Of a DNA stretch of 64,000 nucleotides, positions 18,688 to 27,800 are shown piece by piece (position 1 is the stretch's first letter; every line of letters starts with the position of its first letter). Origin of the DNA: Candidatus Magasanikiibacteriota bacterium. GTDB taxonomy: Bacteria; Patescibacteriota; Patescibacteriia; Magasanikbacterales; UBA922. The notes beneath the pieces were generated by a model, which was not told the origin of the DNA, ran no database searches, and worked only from the letters and a program-made list of their open reading frames with translations. The translations under genes and the position numbers were made by a program. The DNA lies in assembly GCA_041674805.1 (NCBI GenBank), contig JBAYVA010000001.1:326612-390611 (forward strand). The letters run 5' to 3'.

Positions 18688-20175
18688 TTAATTATTCGTT
18701 TTCCAAAGTTTATTTACACTAAAATTAAATTCTTTCCATGATTTAATCTTATATTTTTCTTTCCATTCAGAAATTATGACATTACTGACATTGTAACCAA
18801 AATTTCCAGAATATATACTTTCAACAGATACATCTTTTTCATCTATTTTTTTATTTATTTTTTTCACTTCCTCAAATGCATCAGTAGATAAACTCACTAA
18901 ATAATGTGTATCAATTCTTTTACCTTCATATAAAAATCTATCAACATTTTTACTTGCAATCATCCTGTCTACATTTATTGAACTAACCACACAAAGAGCA
19001 GCTATTCCTAATAATACAGTCATGTTGAAAAATTTTCTAAATTCAAAATCAATAGATAAACTAACAGCCGTGAAAGTCAAAATGGCAATACAAAAATAAA
19101 TAAACCACTCAACATAAAGACGCATCGTTGTAAAACCGTAAGCCTCTTGATAAAGATTCATTCTCTTCAAAGCTGACATGACAATCACAGCCACTTGCAA
19201 AATCAAAAATATTTTGAGCAATTTAAGAGCAATATGACTACCATGTTCAGAAGCTGAACGATAAAAAATAACTAAAAAAATTGCTGAAAAAATAATTACC
19301 CAAACAAGTTGAAAAAAACCTTGTCTAGCATAATCAGCAAAGACTAGACCTTGTTCAAGTACAAAGTTGGTAGAACCAAACAAATATTGCAATTGAATTA
19401 CCACAAATGTGGCAAAAAGAAAATTCACTAGAGACAAGACAACTATAGCGACTGCTTTGTCAATTTTCAAAACAAGTTTTTTACTATATTCCAATTTATG
19501 TGAATTATCCACCAAAATATAGAAAAAAGAACCAAGAATCAAAGTCAAAAACAAAGTCTTAAAAATTCTAAAAACTAAATCTGGTTCAACGTGAAAATTA
19601 AATAAACTATGTACTTTTTTGGCAAAAACTGGATCCGCACTAAGAAAAAGAGCTAAAAAGATAAAAAGAATTGGAACAGAAATCACAACACCTATTAATA
19701 TTTTTTTGTATAATTCACTATTCTTTACTTTAGAAGAAGAACCCAAATCACTAAAAATTTGTTTTAATTTATTTACTCCTTTTCTAAAATTATCAGACAA
19801 ACTCAACTTAAAAAAATCAAATTTTAATTTATCAGGATTACGTAAAGTCAAAAGAAAAGGATAGACTAATAGTAAAATAGCGACTAACAAAGGTACCAAA
19901 CCCGTCACAAATTCATTGTTTAGTAACAAAATATCCAAAGAAAAAATAAATATTGGCAACAAAAGCCACAGTGCCTTAGGTTGGTGTAGTTGTTTGCTCA
20001 AAAAAGTAATAAGCGTAAAACCTAAAGTATAAATTGAAACAAACAAAAAGAAACCCAAACCAAAAACGTTTACATCCCAAAAGAAAAAGTCAAAAGCCAA
20101 AGCTATTAACAATGCAAAAGCTAGATAAATCAAACGAGATTTTCTAGATAAATTTTCATTTAAGATAGCAAACAT
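18688..20175 (-). CDS. hypothetical polytopic membrane protein
   Basis: 495 aa with about 12 predicted TM helices and no recognisable catalytic motif. Confidence 0.45.
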   Translation of the reverse strand: MFAILNENLSRKSRLIYLAFALLIALAFDFFFWDVNVFGLGFFLFVSIYTLGFTLITFLSKQLHQPKALWLLLPIFIFSLDILLLNNEFVTGLVPLLVAILLLVYPFLLTLRNPDKLKFDFFKLSLSDNFRKGVNKLKQIFSDLGSSSKVKNSELYKKILIGVVISVPILFIFLALFLSADPVFAKKVHSLFNFHVEPDLVFRIFKTLFLTLILGSFFYILVDNSHKLEYSKKLVLKIDKAVAIVVLSLVNFLFATFVVIQLQYLFGSTNFVLEQGLVFADYARQGFFQLVWVIIFSAIFLVIFYRSASEHGSHIALKLLKIFLILQVAVIVMSALKRMNLYQEAYGFTTMRLYVEWFIYFCIAILTFTAVSLSIDFEFRKFFNMTVLLGIAALCVVSSINVDRMIASKNVDRFLYEGKRIDTHYLVSLSTDAFEEVKKINKKIDEKDVSVESIYSGNFGYNVSNVIISEWKEKYKIKSWKEFNFSVNKLWKTNN

Positions 20176-20182
20176 ATAATTT

Positions 20183-20284
20183 TTATTTAAAATATTTCAA
20201 ACCTAAAAATAACAAAACACCAACTACCAACAAAATTGGTAAAGCTGACCAAATAAATCCACCTAAATTCATTGTAGGTTCCAT
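20183..20284 (-). CDS. possible 33-aa single-TM micro-protein
   Basis: Hand translation gives MEPTMNLGGFIWSALPILLVVGVLLFLGLKYFK, located in the 113-nt gap between mnmA and the membrane protein gene. This is speculative. Confidence 0.2.
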   Translation of the reverse strand: MEPTMNLGGFIWSALPILLVVGVLLFLGLKYFK

Positions 20285-20288
20285 AAAA

Positions 20289-21434
20289 TTAGATAATTAC
20301 ACCACCACCAAGGCATTCACCATCTTTGTAAAAAACAGCAAATTGTCCAGAAGTAGCAGCTCTTTGTTTGTTTAAAAATTTTAATTTGTAAATATTATCA
20401 TTTTTCTCAACAATCACTTCTTGCAAAGCTTGTCTATGACGTAATCTTACTGTACATTTTAACGGAAAAACTGGTATTTGTCCACTTATCCAATTTATAT
20501 CATCAACATCAATTTCATCTTTATTCAATAACTCACTATCTTCATATCCAACAACCAATTGATTAGCCTCAAAATTTTTGGCAACAACAAACAATGGTTT
20601 ATTATCACTCTTAATTCCGAACTGTGAACTCTGAACTCCAATATGACGTTGACCAATAGTATAAAAAGCCAAGCCTTCATGTTCACCTATTAATTCTCCA
20701 CTTTCTGTTACAATTTCACCTGGATTTTTCTTCAAATCACGCTGCAAAAATTCTTTCATATCAAGTTCACCCACAAAACAAATTCCCATACTTTCTTCTT
20801 TCGTAGCTGTAGGCAAATCAAATTTTTTGGCTAATTCTCTAACTTCAGGTTTGGTATAATCACCCAAAGGAAATAAAGTTTTGGAAAGTTGTTCTTGATT
20901 TAGTTGATGCAAAAAATAAGTCTGATCCTTGTTATCGTCCTTTGCTTGCATTAATTTATATTCCTCATTCCCCATTCCTCGTGCCTCTACTTTCGCGTAA
21001 TGTCCTGTCGCAATATAATCAAAACCCAATTCTTGTATTTTTTCTAGCCAAACACCAAATTTAATAAACTTATTACACATCACATCAGGATTTGGAGTGT
21101 TGCCTTTCTTATATTCAGCCAACATATAATCCAAAACTTTTTCTTTATATTCTTTTTGAAAATCAAGCTTCAAAAGTGGAATTCCAAGCTTAGCGGAAAC
21201 TCTCAAAGCATCTCTATAATCCGGTACCCAACAAATATTACCCATGTTTTCTTCACTGTTTTTTTCCCATTCCTCATTCCTCATTCCTCGTTCCTCGTAG
21301 TTGATCATATACGCTCCGGTCACATCAAAACCAGCTTCAACCAAAAGAGCTGCGGCTACAGAAGAATCTACACCACCAGACATAGCGACGAGAATTTTCT
21401 TATTTTTATCAATATTTTGAAACATAATAAGCAT
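20289..21434 (-). CDS. mnmA: tRNA-specific 2-thiouridylase MnmA
   Basis: PP-loop ILVAMSGGVDSSVAAALL and catalytic cysteines (…GICFVGE…). The DNA encoding two Glu/Arg/Gly-rich segments contains (c)gaggaatg(a/g)ggaatgaggaa repeats. Confidence 0.85.
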   Translation of the reverse strand: MLIMFQNIDKNKKILVAMSGGVDSSVAAALLVEAGFDVTGAYMINYEERGMRNEEWEKNSEENMGNICWVPDYRDALRVSAKLGIPLLKLDFQKEYKEKVLDYMLAEYKKGNTPNPDVMCNKFIKFGVWLEKIQELGFDYIATGHYAKVEARGMGNEEYKLMQAKDDNKDQTYFLHQLNQEQLSKTLFPLGDYTKPEVRELAKKFDLPTATKEESMGICFVGELDMKEFLQRDLKKNPGEIVTESGELIGEHEGLAFYTIGQRHIGVQSSQFGIKSDNKPLFVVAKNFEANQLVVGYEDSELLNKDEIDVDDINWISGQIPVFPLKCTVRLRHRQALQEVIVEKNDNIYKLKFLNKQRAATSGQFAVFYKDGECLGGGVII

Positions 21435-21547
21435 ATCTTAGCGGAAAAAAGTCTTTTTGTCAAAAGTATATTACAAGGCTTACGAGGCTTATACGCATTG
21501 TAAGTACAAAAAAACAAAACTGTCTCAAAAAATAATTCTTAAAAATA

Positions 21548-21579
21548 AAAGAAATCTCACAAAATGAGATTTCTTTTTG
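21548..21579 (-). terminator. Rho-independent terminator downstream of the zinc-ribbon gene
   Basis: agaaatctca-caaaa-tgagatttct stem followed by a T-run on the minus strand. Confidence 0.6.
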
Positions 21580-21595
21580 AATTTCAAAGTAAAGA

Positions 21596-21889
21596 TTACT
21601 CTTTATTTTTCATATAGCATTCACGACAGAAAATGTCACTACCTGCTTTAGGTTCGAAAGGCAATTGTGTGATGTGAGTACCACAACCAGCACAATTTAC
21701 ATCTACATCGAACATTCTTTTTTGAGGGCGAGCTCCGCCATTACGTTCATCACGATGAGCGCGATTACAATCTTGACAGAAAACTGGACGGTCTCCTGAA
21801 GGTTGAAAAGGCAATTGTGAAATGTGAGTACCACATTTTGCACAACTTAGATCAACGTTGAACATTTCTCTTGGTCCTTGATTATACAT
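21596..21889 (-). CDS. tandem zinc-ribbon (2 x CxxC…CxxC) small protein
   Basis: 97 aa made of two near-identical halves: CAKCGTHISQLPFQP…FCQDC and CAGCGTHITQLPFEP…FCRECY. Confidence 0.5.
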   Translation of the reverse strand: MYNQGPREMFNVDLSCAKCGTHISQLPFQPSGDRPVFCQDCNRAHRDERNGGARPQKRMFDVDVNCAGCGTHITQLPFEPKAGSDIFCRECYMKNKE

Positions 21890-22097
21890 AGTATACGTTC
21901 CAAATTGGTTATTAATAAATTTTCCGACCTTTTGGGAACGTACTATTTTTTTCTAAAAACATAAAGGGAATTAAAAATCTCGTTACCCATAAATATAATA
22001 GCAAATTTACTATTTTTAGTCAATTATTCTATAAACAGGTAATATACAATAAGCAAATTACAATAATTTTTTGTATATTAAAAATTATAATTTTATA

Positions 22098-23141
22098 CTA
22101 AAGTCCTTTAAAAACAGGCAAACCATTGCTACCAGTTGGCACATAAATAGTTCCTTCTCTATCTTTCAAACTATTGATATACAAATATTCCAAATAACGA
22201 TCTGACAAACTTTCATTGATAATCTTTTGAGCATCACGTTGTCCTTCTGCTTCTATACGTTTACGTTCCGCTTCTTTTTGTTCTTTTTCCAACAAGAAAT
22301 TATAACGTTCAGTTTCTTGTTCTGCTTGTAATTTTTGTTGAATACTACTTGCCAAATTAGCTGGTAACTCTACATGACGAAATAAGACTTCTTCAAGAGA
22401 AATGCCTCTTGGATCCATACGTTCTTTTAGCCTTTTTTCAATTTCAGCTGCAACATCTTGTCTCTTGTCAGAATAAATATCTTTGACATTGTAATTAGCC
22501 ACTACTTCACGAATCACACTACGAATTTGTGGACGAATAATACTCTCTTCATAAGAAAGACCAAGATCACGATAAACATCACTAGCTTTTTCTTCTACCA
22601 AATGATAAAGAACCGTAATATCCAAATCCACACTAAGACCTTCTTTGGTCAAAGCAGTAATAGCATCAGCACCCGATCTATTACCTTCACCTTGGGCAAT
22701 ACTCATTGTATAATCACGAGTACGAATACCTACTTTGGTAATTTTTACAAAAGGATTCTTGAAATGAAAACCAGAAGAAAGTTCTTCATCCATCACTTTA
22801 CCAAACAAAGATTTGACACCTGTCTCACCTGCTCCAACTACTATCCAAAATGAACTAGCAAAACTAAGTAAAATAAAAAATAAAAAAATAGAAAATATTA
22901 CAACCAAGGTTTTTTTCATACTATATTTATTTGGATTTATTGTTTCCATATTTGATTTGAAATTATTTTTTTTGAAATTAGGAAATATATTTTGTAAATT
23001 AAAAAAAACATTTTTGTCTATTTTTTTTCTTGTCAAAAATAATAATATTACTAACAAAAATAAAAACAAACCAATATTATTTATAATCACTGAAATTACT
23101 AACAAAATAATTACCGCCGTGACAACTTTTTGCAATTTCAT
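22098..23141 (-). CDS. SPFH/band-7 (prohibitin/HflC-like) domain membrane protein
   Basis: SPFH core (…GVKSLFGKVMDEEL…ITVLYHLVEEKASDVYRDLGLSYEESIIRPQIRSVIREV…) plus a C-terminal coiled-coil QAEQETERYNFLLEKEQKEAERKRIEAEGQRDAQKI. The true start may be an internal Met (about aa 65). Confidence 0.75.
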   Translation of the reverse strand: MKLQKVVTAVIILLVISVIINNIGLFLFLLVILLFLTRKKIDKNVFFNLQNIFPNFKKNNFKSNMETINPNKYSMKKTLVVIFSIFLFFILLSFASSFWIVVGAGETGVKSLFGKVMDEELSSGFHFKNPFVKITKVGIRTRDYTMSIAQGEGNRSGADAITALTKEGLSVDLDITVLYHLVEEKASDVYRDLGLSYEESIIRPQIRSVIREVVANYNVKDIYSDKRQDVAAEIEKRLKERMDPRGISLEEVLFRHVELPANLASSIQQKLQAEQETERYNFLLEKEQKEAERKRIEAEGQRDAQKIINESLSDRYLEYLYINSLKDREGTIYVPTGSNGLPVFKGL

Positions 23142-23153
23142 ATGAAGTATAAA

Positions 23154-23549
23154 TTATTTATCAGTATCCACAGTAAAAGTAGCATCAAATTCATAACCAG
23201 CGTAAGTAGTCAAAACTAATACTTCCAACATACCAATATATAATGTCCAGTCAGAATAATAAACACTAAATGATTTTACAAAAACTGGTACTGTAATAAT
23301 CATATCCAACAAAGTACCAACAAGTACTGCCACAATACCCAACATTAAACCTTTTTTGCTAGTAGGCTCGTCTTTACGAAAATACCATTTAGCAAGTAAC
23401 ATTACAAAAGGAATTAGTAATACCCACAAAATTAGATTTTGAAACAAATCAGAATCTTTGACACCTGGCAAAAACATCAAAACAGAAATTATCACAAAAA
23501 TAAAAATCCACAAAAATAAACCAAACAAACCAGCTCTTAAATATTTCAT
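23154..23549 (-). CDS. hypothetical small membrane protein (4 TM)
   Basis: 131 aa, mostly hydrophobic. It lies directly downstream of the VirD4-like ATPase gene on the same strand. Confidence 0.4.
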   Translation of the reverse strand: MKYLRAGLFGLFLWIFIFVIISVLMFLPGVKDSDLFQNLILWVLLIPFVMLLAKWYFRKDEPTSKKGLMLGIVAVLVGTLLDMIITVPVFVKSFSVYYSDWTLYIGMLEVLVLTTYAGYEFDATFTVDTDK

Positions 23550-23666
23550 ATAATTTTAAATTATATCCTTAATAAGGATAATTTATTATTTTAAAGATAA
23601 AATACTATAAATAATAGCGACTCTTGTATCTTTATTCTGTATTAATCTTAACATCATAAATGATGA

Positions 23667-25394
23667 TTAATCAAATTTTACTAATTCATCTTCATTCATT
23701 TTTTTTACATTATTTTCTACAGAAACATTTTCATTATTTGTTTTTTTCTTTCTCTTTCTTTTTCTTTTTTTCTTTTGAGTTTCAAAATTAGCATCACTAA
23801 TATTTTGTGGAGACAAACCTGGCAATAAATCCAAATTTTCATCTTGTATATCTAATTTTGTCTCTACTTTTTTATATACTTGTGTATCTACTACTGGTTC
23901 TACTTGATTTAGATCAATTACATTTTCTGTTTTTTCTGGAACTTCGGCAACTGTTTCTTTTACTACCACCTCTTTTTCTACATTTTTTTCTACACTTATT
24001 GTTTCTCTATTTATTGTTTCTTTGGTACTAGTTTTTTCTTCATATACAACATCATTTTCATCATTAGCAAGTTCATCTCCACCCATACCACTCCAACGTA
24101 AAATTTTGTCAGCGATAATATCACGATGACGACCATATCTTTCTCTTGAAACTCTGATAACTTTTTGTGCTGAACCAGTTTCTTGTGCAATTGGTGGCAT
24201 AGTCATCGCTGAAAAAGGATGAGAAGCCAAACCATCTATCATAAGTTTCAATAATATTTTGTATTTTGCCAAATTGACAATATCTTGCTCTATAAAATTA
24301 GGTGCAAATTCTTTGGCCAAAATTTCAGCATCGGAAGCACCAACACGAAAAGTCACAATACTGCCCACATTACCAAAAACAGCACCAGATACTATTTCAT
24401 CCAGCTGTGTGACATATTGATGCGCCATAATCAGACTAAGACGATATTTACGAGCTTCTGACAAAATATTAGCAAAACTAGGTGTAGCAAAATTTTGGAA
24501 TTCATCAACATACAAGAAAAAATCTTTACGTTCATTTTCTGGAGTATCTACTCTTTCCATAGCGGCAAGCTGTATTTCGGTAATAAGCATACCACCAAGC
24601 AAACGACTATTATCTTCTCCAATTCTACCTTTGGACAAATTCATGATAAAAATTTTGCCACTATCCATAATTTCACGAACATTGATAGTAGATTTGACTT
24701 GAGCTACCATATTACGAATAACAGAAGCAGACAAAAATTGACCAATTTTGTTTTGGATAGGAGCGACAGCTTCTTGAGCATATCTGTCATTGTAACTTGC
24801 AAATTCTGTTTGCCAAAAAGCTTTGACAACAGGATCTTTCAACTGCTTGACGACTTTGCGTCTATAATCTTTGTCAGCCAAAAGACGATTGATACCAAGC
24901 AAAGTAGAACCTGGATAATCAAGCAAAGCCAAAATAGTATTATTCAAAATATATTCCATTCTGGAACTCCAGACATCTGGCCAAATTTTCTTGAAAATGC
25001 CCATCAAACCTGAAGCTACTAAATGTTTTTGTTCTTCAGAACGTACTTCCAAGATATTGAAACCAATTGGAAATTCTACATCAGAAGGATTGAAATAAAC
25101 CACGTCATTGATACGATGTGGCGGAATGTAATTGATAATTTTTTCAGCAAAATCTCCATGAGGGTCCACAATACCCACACCATGCCCTTTGTAAATATCA
25201 TTCAAAACCATGTTTTCCATCATGGTAGTCTTACCCATACCAGTCTTACCAATGATATACATATGTCGTCTTCTATCATCAGTTTTGATACCAAATCTAC
25301 GCAATTGATTACGATAATTAGTTTGTCCAAAAAGACAAATATCATCTTTTTTTTCTTTTTCTTGACCTTTTTGTTGTAAATGAATATTAGGCAT
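23667..25394 (-). CDS. VirD4/TraG/TraD-like coupling-protein family P-loop ATPase (type IV secretion-like)
   Basis: Walker A IIGKTGMGKTTMMEN and Walker B FFLYVDEFQNFAT. It has a lysine/glutamate-rich low-complexity C-terminus (KKKRKRKRKKK) and resembles the 'type IV secretion system DNA-binding domain' ATPases widespread in small-genome bacteria. Confidence 0.55.
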   Translation of the reverse strand: MPNIHLQQKGQEKEKKDDICLFGQTNYRNQLRRFGIKTDDRRRHMYIIGKTGMGKTTMMENMVLNDIYKGHGVGIVDPHGDFAEKIINYIPPHRINDVVYFNPSDVEFPIGFNILEVRSEEQKHLVASGLMGIFKKIWPDVWSSRMEYILNNTILALLDYPGSTLLGINRLLADKDYRRKVVKQLKDPVVKAFWQTEFASYNDRYAQEAVAPIQNKIGQFLSASVIRNMVAQVKSTINVREIMDSGKIFIMNLSKGRIGEDNSRLLGGMLITEIQLAAMERVDTPENERKDFFLYVDEFQNFATPSFANILSEARKYRLSLIMAHQYVTQLDEIVSGAVFGNVGSIVTFRVGASDAEILAKEFAPNFIEQDIVNLAKYKILLKLMIDGLASHPFSAMTMPPIAQETGSAQKVIRVSRERYGRHRDIIADKILRWSGMGGDELANDENDVVYEEKTSTKETINRETISVEKNVEKEVVVKETVAEVPEKTENVIDLNQVEPVVDTQVYKKVETKLDIQDENLDLLPGLSPQNISDANFETQKKKRKRKRKKKTNNENVSVENNVKKMNEDELVKFD

Positions 25395-25451
25395 AATATA
25401 GTATTTTATTATGGAGAAATTATATCACAAACAAAAAAATTTGGCTACTAA

Positions 25452-25482
25452 AAAAGCACTCCTTTTTCGAGGAGTGCTTTTG
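25452..25482 (-). terminator. Rho-independent terminator downstream of the lipoprotein gene
   Basis: agcactcct-ttttcg-aggagtgct stem flanked by A/T runs. Confidence 0.6.
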
Positions 25483-25492
25483 AGGAAAAAAA

Positions 25493-25900
25493 TTATTGTC
25501 TTTCCAATGTGAAAATTTGACCACCTGAACTTGTTAATTCAAGTACCAATTTAGCACCATTCATACTATATTTGTAAACAAAAGGATTTGTCATACCTTC
25601 AAAAGCTACAGTCATTTGTGAATCTGTTTTTGAAGTGATAGTACCTTTAGTTTCAATGATACCAAGCTTTGTTGTCAATTTATCGCCAGCAAAGATATAT
25701 TTTGTACCTTTGTTCATTTCAGCGTATTGACCTACAGCTTCAGTGATAACCCAAGTGCCGTCAAGGCCTTGTGCTTTTTCACTTCCTACTTCAACTTTAC
25801 TACCTGTACTAGTAGTATCTGAAGTTGTTGTAGATGAACAACCTGCTCCCACTAAAGCTAGCACGCTCAAAGCGGCTACGATAGAAACTTTTTTATTCAT
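25493..25900 (-). CDS. hypothetical lipoprotein
   Basis: Signal peptide with lipobox LVGAGC followed by a Ser/Thr-rich linker. Paralogous N-terminus to the next gene. Confidence 0.5.
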   Translation of the reverse strand: MNKKVSIVAALSVLALVGAGCSSTTTSDTTSTGSKVEVGSEKAQGLDGTWVITEAVGQYAEMNKGTKYIFAGDKLTTKLGIIETKGTITSKTDSQMTVAFEGMTNPFVYKYSMNGAKLVLELTSSGGQIFTLERQ

Positions 25901-25936
25901 AATATATATATTATGTTAATTAAATAAATTAATAAA

Positions 25937-26464
25937 TTATTTTAAATAAATTTTGTCAATTGTCAATTCGTATTCTTTTTTACTGTTATCTTTTACTGTA
26001 TATTTTTCACCATTTACAGCCATAACTTCAGCACTATAATATGGATAGATAGTTTTACCACCAAACATTTCACCTTTGCCAATATTAGCTATGACTTTTG
26101 CACCTACTACTAAAGATTCAGCACTTGGTGTAACTGGTTTTACTAATTTATCTTCAGTGATACAACTTGCACTAAGACCTTTGTATCTTACATAAAAACC
26201 AGTCTCACAAGCAAATTCTTCTACTTTACCTTCATACCAACCATAACCTAAGTCAACAAGCACATTTTCGCCTGTTTTGAATTTTGCTTCTGCTTGAGCT
26301 ACTACTTCTACATCTTTTACATTTAGATCCACTTCTGAAACCACAACATCACCAGAAGAAGTTTCAACACTTACATTTGGAGTAGTGTCTGTAGTAGAAG
26401 AACAACCTGCACCAACCAAAGCTATTACCCCCATACTAGCTAACAAAGAAAGTTTTACTTTCAT
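25937..26464 (-). CDS. hypothetical lipoprotein (paralog of the preceding gene)
   Basis: The same LVGAGCSSTTDTT lipobox/linker. The mature part contains conserved Cys residues. Confidence 0.5.
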   Translation of the reverse strand: MKVKLSLLASMGVIALVGAGCSSTTDTTPNVSVETSSGDVVVSEVDLNVKDVEVVAQAEAKFKTGENVLVDLGYGWYEGKVEEFACETGFYVRYKGLSASCITEDKLVKPVTPSAESLVVGAKVIANIGKGEMFGGKTIYPYYSAEVMAVNGEKYTVKDNSKKEYELTIDKIYLK

Positions 26465-26529
26465 AGTTTTTTATAATTAACTGATTTAAACTATCCAAAT
26501 TATAACAATTAATATCATTAAGGTCAAAA

Positions 26530-27603
26530 TTATTTTAACAACTTTTCCACAATAGATAAAATATCTTGTTTTTTGGCTACTGGTAAAAGTCTTTTTAAGT
26601 TGTTAGACAACATATTATTTTCTTCTTTATCATCCAAAATTCTTTTGATAATTTTAGCCAAAAATAATCCATCTGAAGTAACTTCATTTACTAAAATTGC
26701 TGAATTATTTTTTTCCAAGAATCTAACATTTTCTACTTGATGACCAGGCTTTGGGATAATGACAGCTGTTTTACCAAGAGCCGCTATTTCTGACAAAGTA
26801 CCAAAACCACCACGAGACACCACAATATCTGAAACAGCATAAGCATGTTTCATTTCACTCGTAAAAAATTGATAAACATGATAATCAGCAAAATATTTTT
26901 GTGCACGTTCTACCAATTCTTGAGGTCTGTCTCTACCAGACAAATGTATAATTTGTATTTTATCTTTCAAATGTCCCATTGCTTCTACAATCATTTGATT
27001 GACACGAATAGAACCAGTACCACCACCGGTAGCAAAAACTACTGGCAAATCTTTTTTCAAAGAAAATATTTTGTAAGCCTCTTCCCTACTTCCTTGCAAA
27101 ATATCTTGTCTCACTGGATTGCCCAACCAAAAAGTTTTTTTCTTTTTAAAATTTTTGACATTGGCTTCTACTGAAGTAGTCACCACTCTTGCCAAAGGTG
27201 CCATAAGTTTACTAGAAAGTCCAATTACAATATCTTGACTGTGAATCCACGTCGGAATACCCAATATCCAAGCTGCAAAATGCAATGGTACAGATACAAA
27301 GCCACCTGCTGAAATACACATGTCTGGATTTTCTCGCCACAAAATTTTGAAGGCTTGAAAAAAACCAGCAATAATTCTAAAAATATCAAAAATATTTAAA
27401 AAAGAAAAATAACGACGAAATTTGCCAGACGTAATACTACAAAATTTTACATTATTTTCTTCTACCAATTTTTGTTCAGGACCAGTCTTAGTACCAACCC
27501 AAACAAACTCTAAATCTGAATAATTTTCTTTGATAGTCTCACGAATAGCCAAAAGTGGTGTTACTGGACCAAGAGTACCTCCACCGGAAAATAAAACCTT
27601 CAT
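26530..27603 (-). CDS. murG: undecaprenyldiphospho-muramoylpentapeptide beta-N-acetylglucosaminyltransferase MurG
   Basis: MKVLFSGGGTLGPVTPLLAI N-terminus and GT28 C-terminal domain (…ATGGGTGSIRVNQ…SRGGFGTLSEIAALGKTAVIIP). Adjacent to ftsW. Confidence 0.85.
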   Translation of the reverse strand: MKVLFSGGGTLGPVTPLLAIRETIKENYSDLEFVWVGTKTGPEQKLVEENNVKFCSITSGKFRRYFSFLNIFDIFRIIAGFFQAFKILWRENPDMCISAGGFVSVPLHFAAWILGIPTWIHSQDIVIGLSSKLMAPLARVVTTSVEANVKNFKKKKTFWLGNPVRQDILQGSREEAYKIFSLKKDLPVVFATGGGTGSIRVNQMIVEAMGHLKDKIQIIHLSGRDRPQELVERAQKYFADYHVYQFFTSEMKHAYAVSDIVVSRGGFGTLSEIAALGKTAVIIPKPGHQVENVRFLEKNNSAILVNEVTSDGLFLAKIIKRILDDKEENNMLSNNLKRLLPVAKKQDILSIVEKLLK

Positions 27604-27663
27604 AATACACTGATTTAAACTGATTAAATTGATTACACAGACAATATTCTACTATTTTTAAAT

Positions 27664-27712
27664 AATTTTCATAATTATAATAAAAACATTTCCTCCCACA
27701 GCCCAAGGCGTG
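27664..27712 (+). repeat. GC-rich hairpin element sharing a 20-nt core with the tRNA-Ser locus repeat
   Basis: cccacagcccaaggcgtgct…cagcctggggctg. The core cccacagcccaaggcgtgct recurs as its reverse complement at 45269-45288. Confidence 0.45.
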
Positions 27713-27800
27713 CTAAGCAAGGCGGATCAGCCTGGGGCTGAAAAAATGAAAACATTAAAACAAAATTTTAGATAAAAATTGTTTTTATGTTCTTGTGTTT

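Noticed and set aside
24495-25379. 172-aa and 118-aa plus-strand ORFs
   Set aside because: Both are antisense within the VirD4-like ATPase gene, which has clear Walker motifs.
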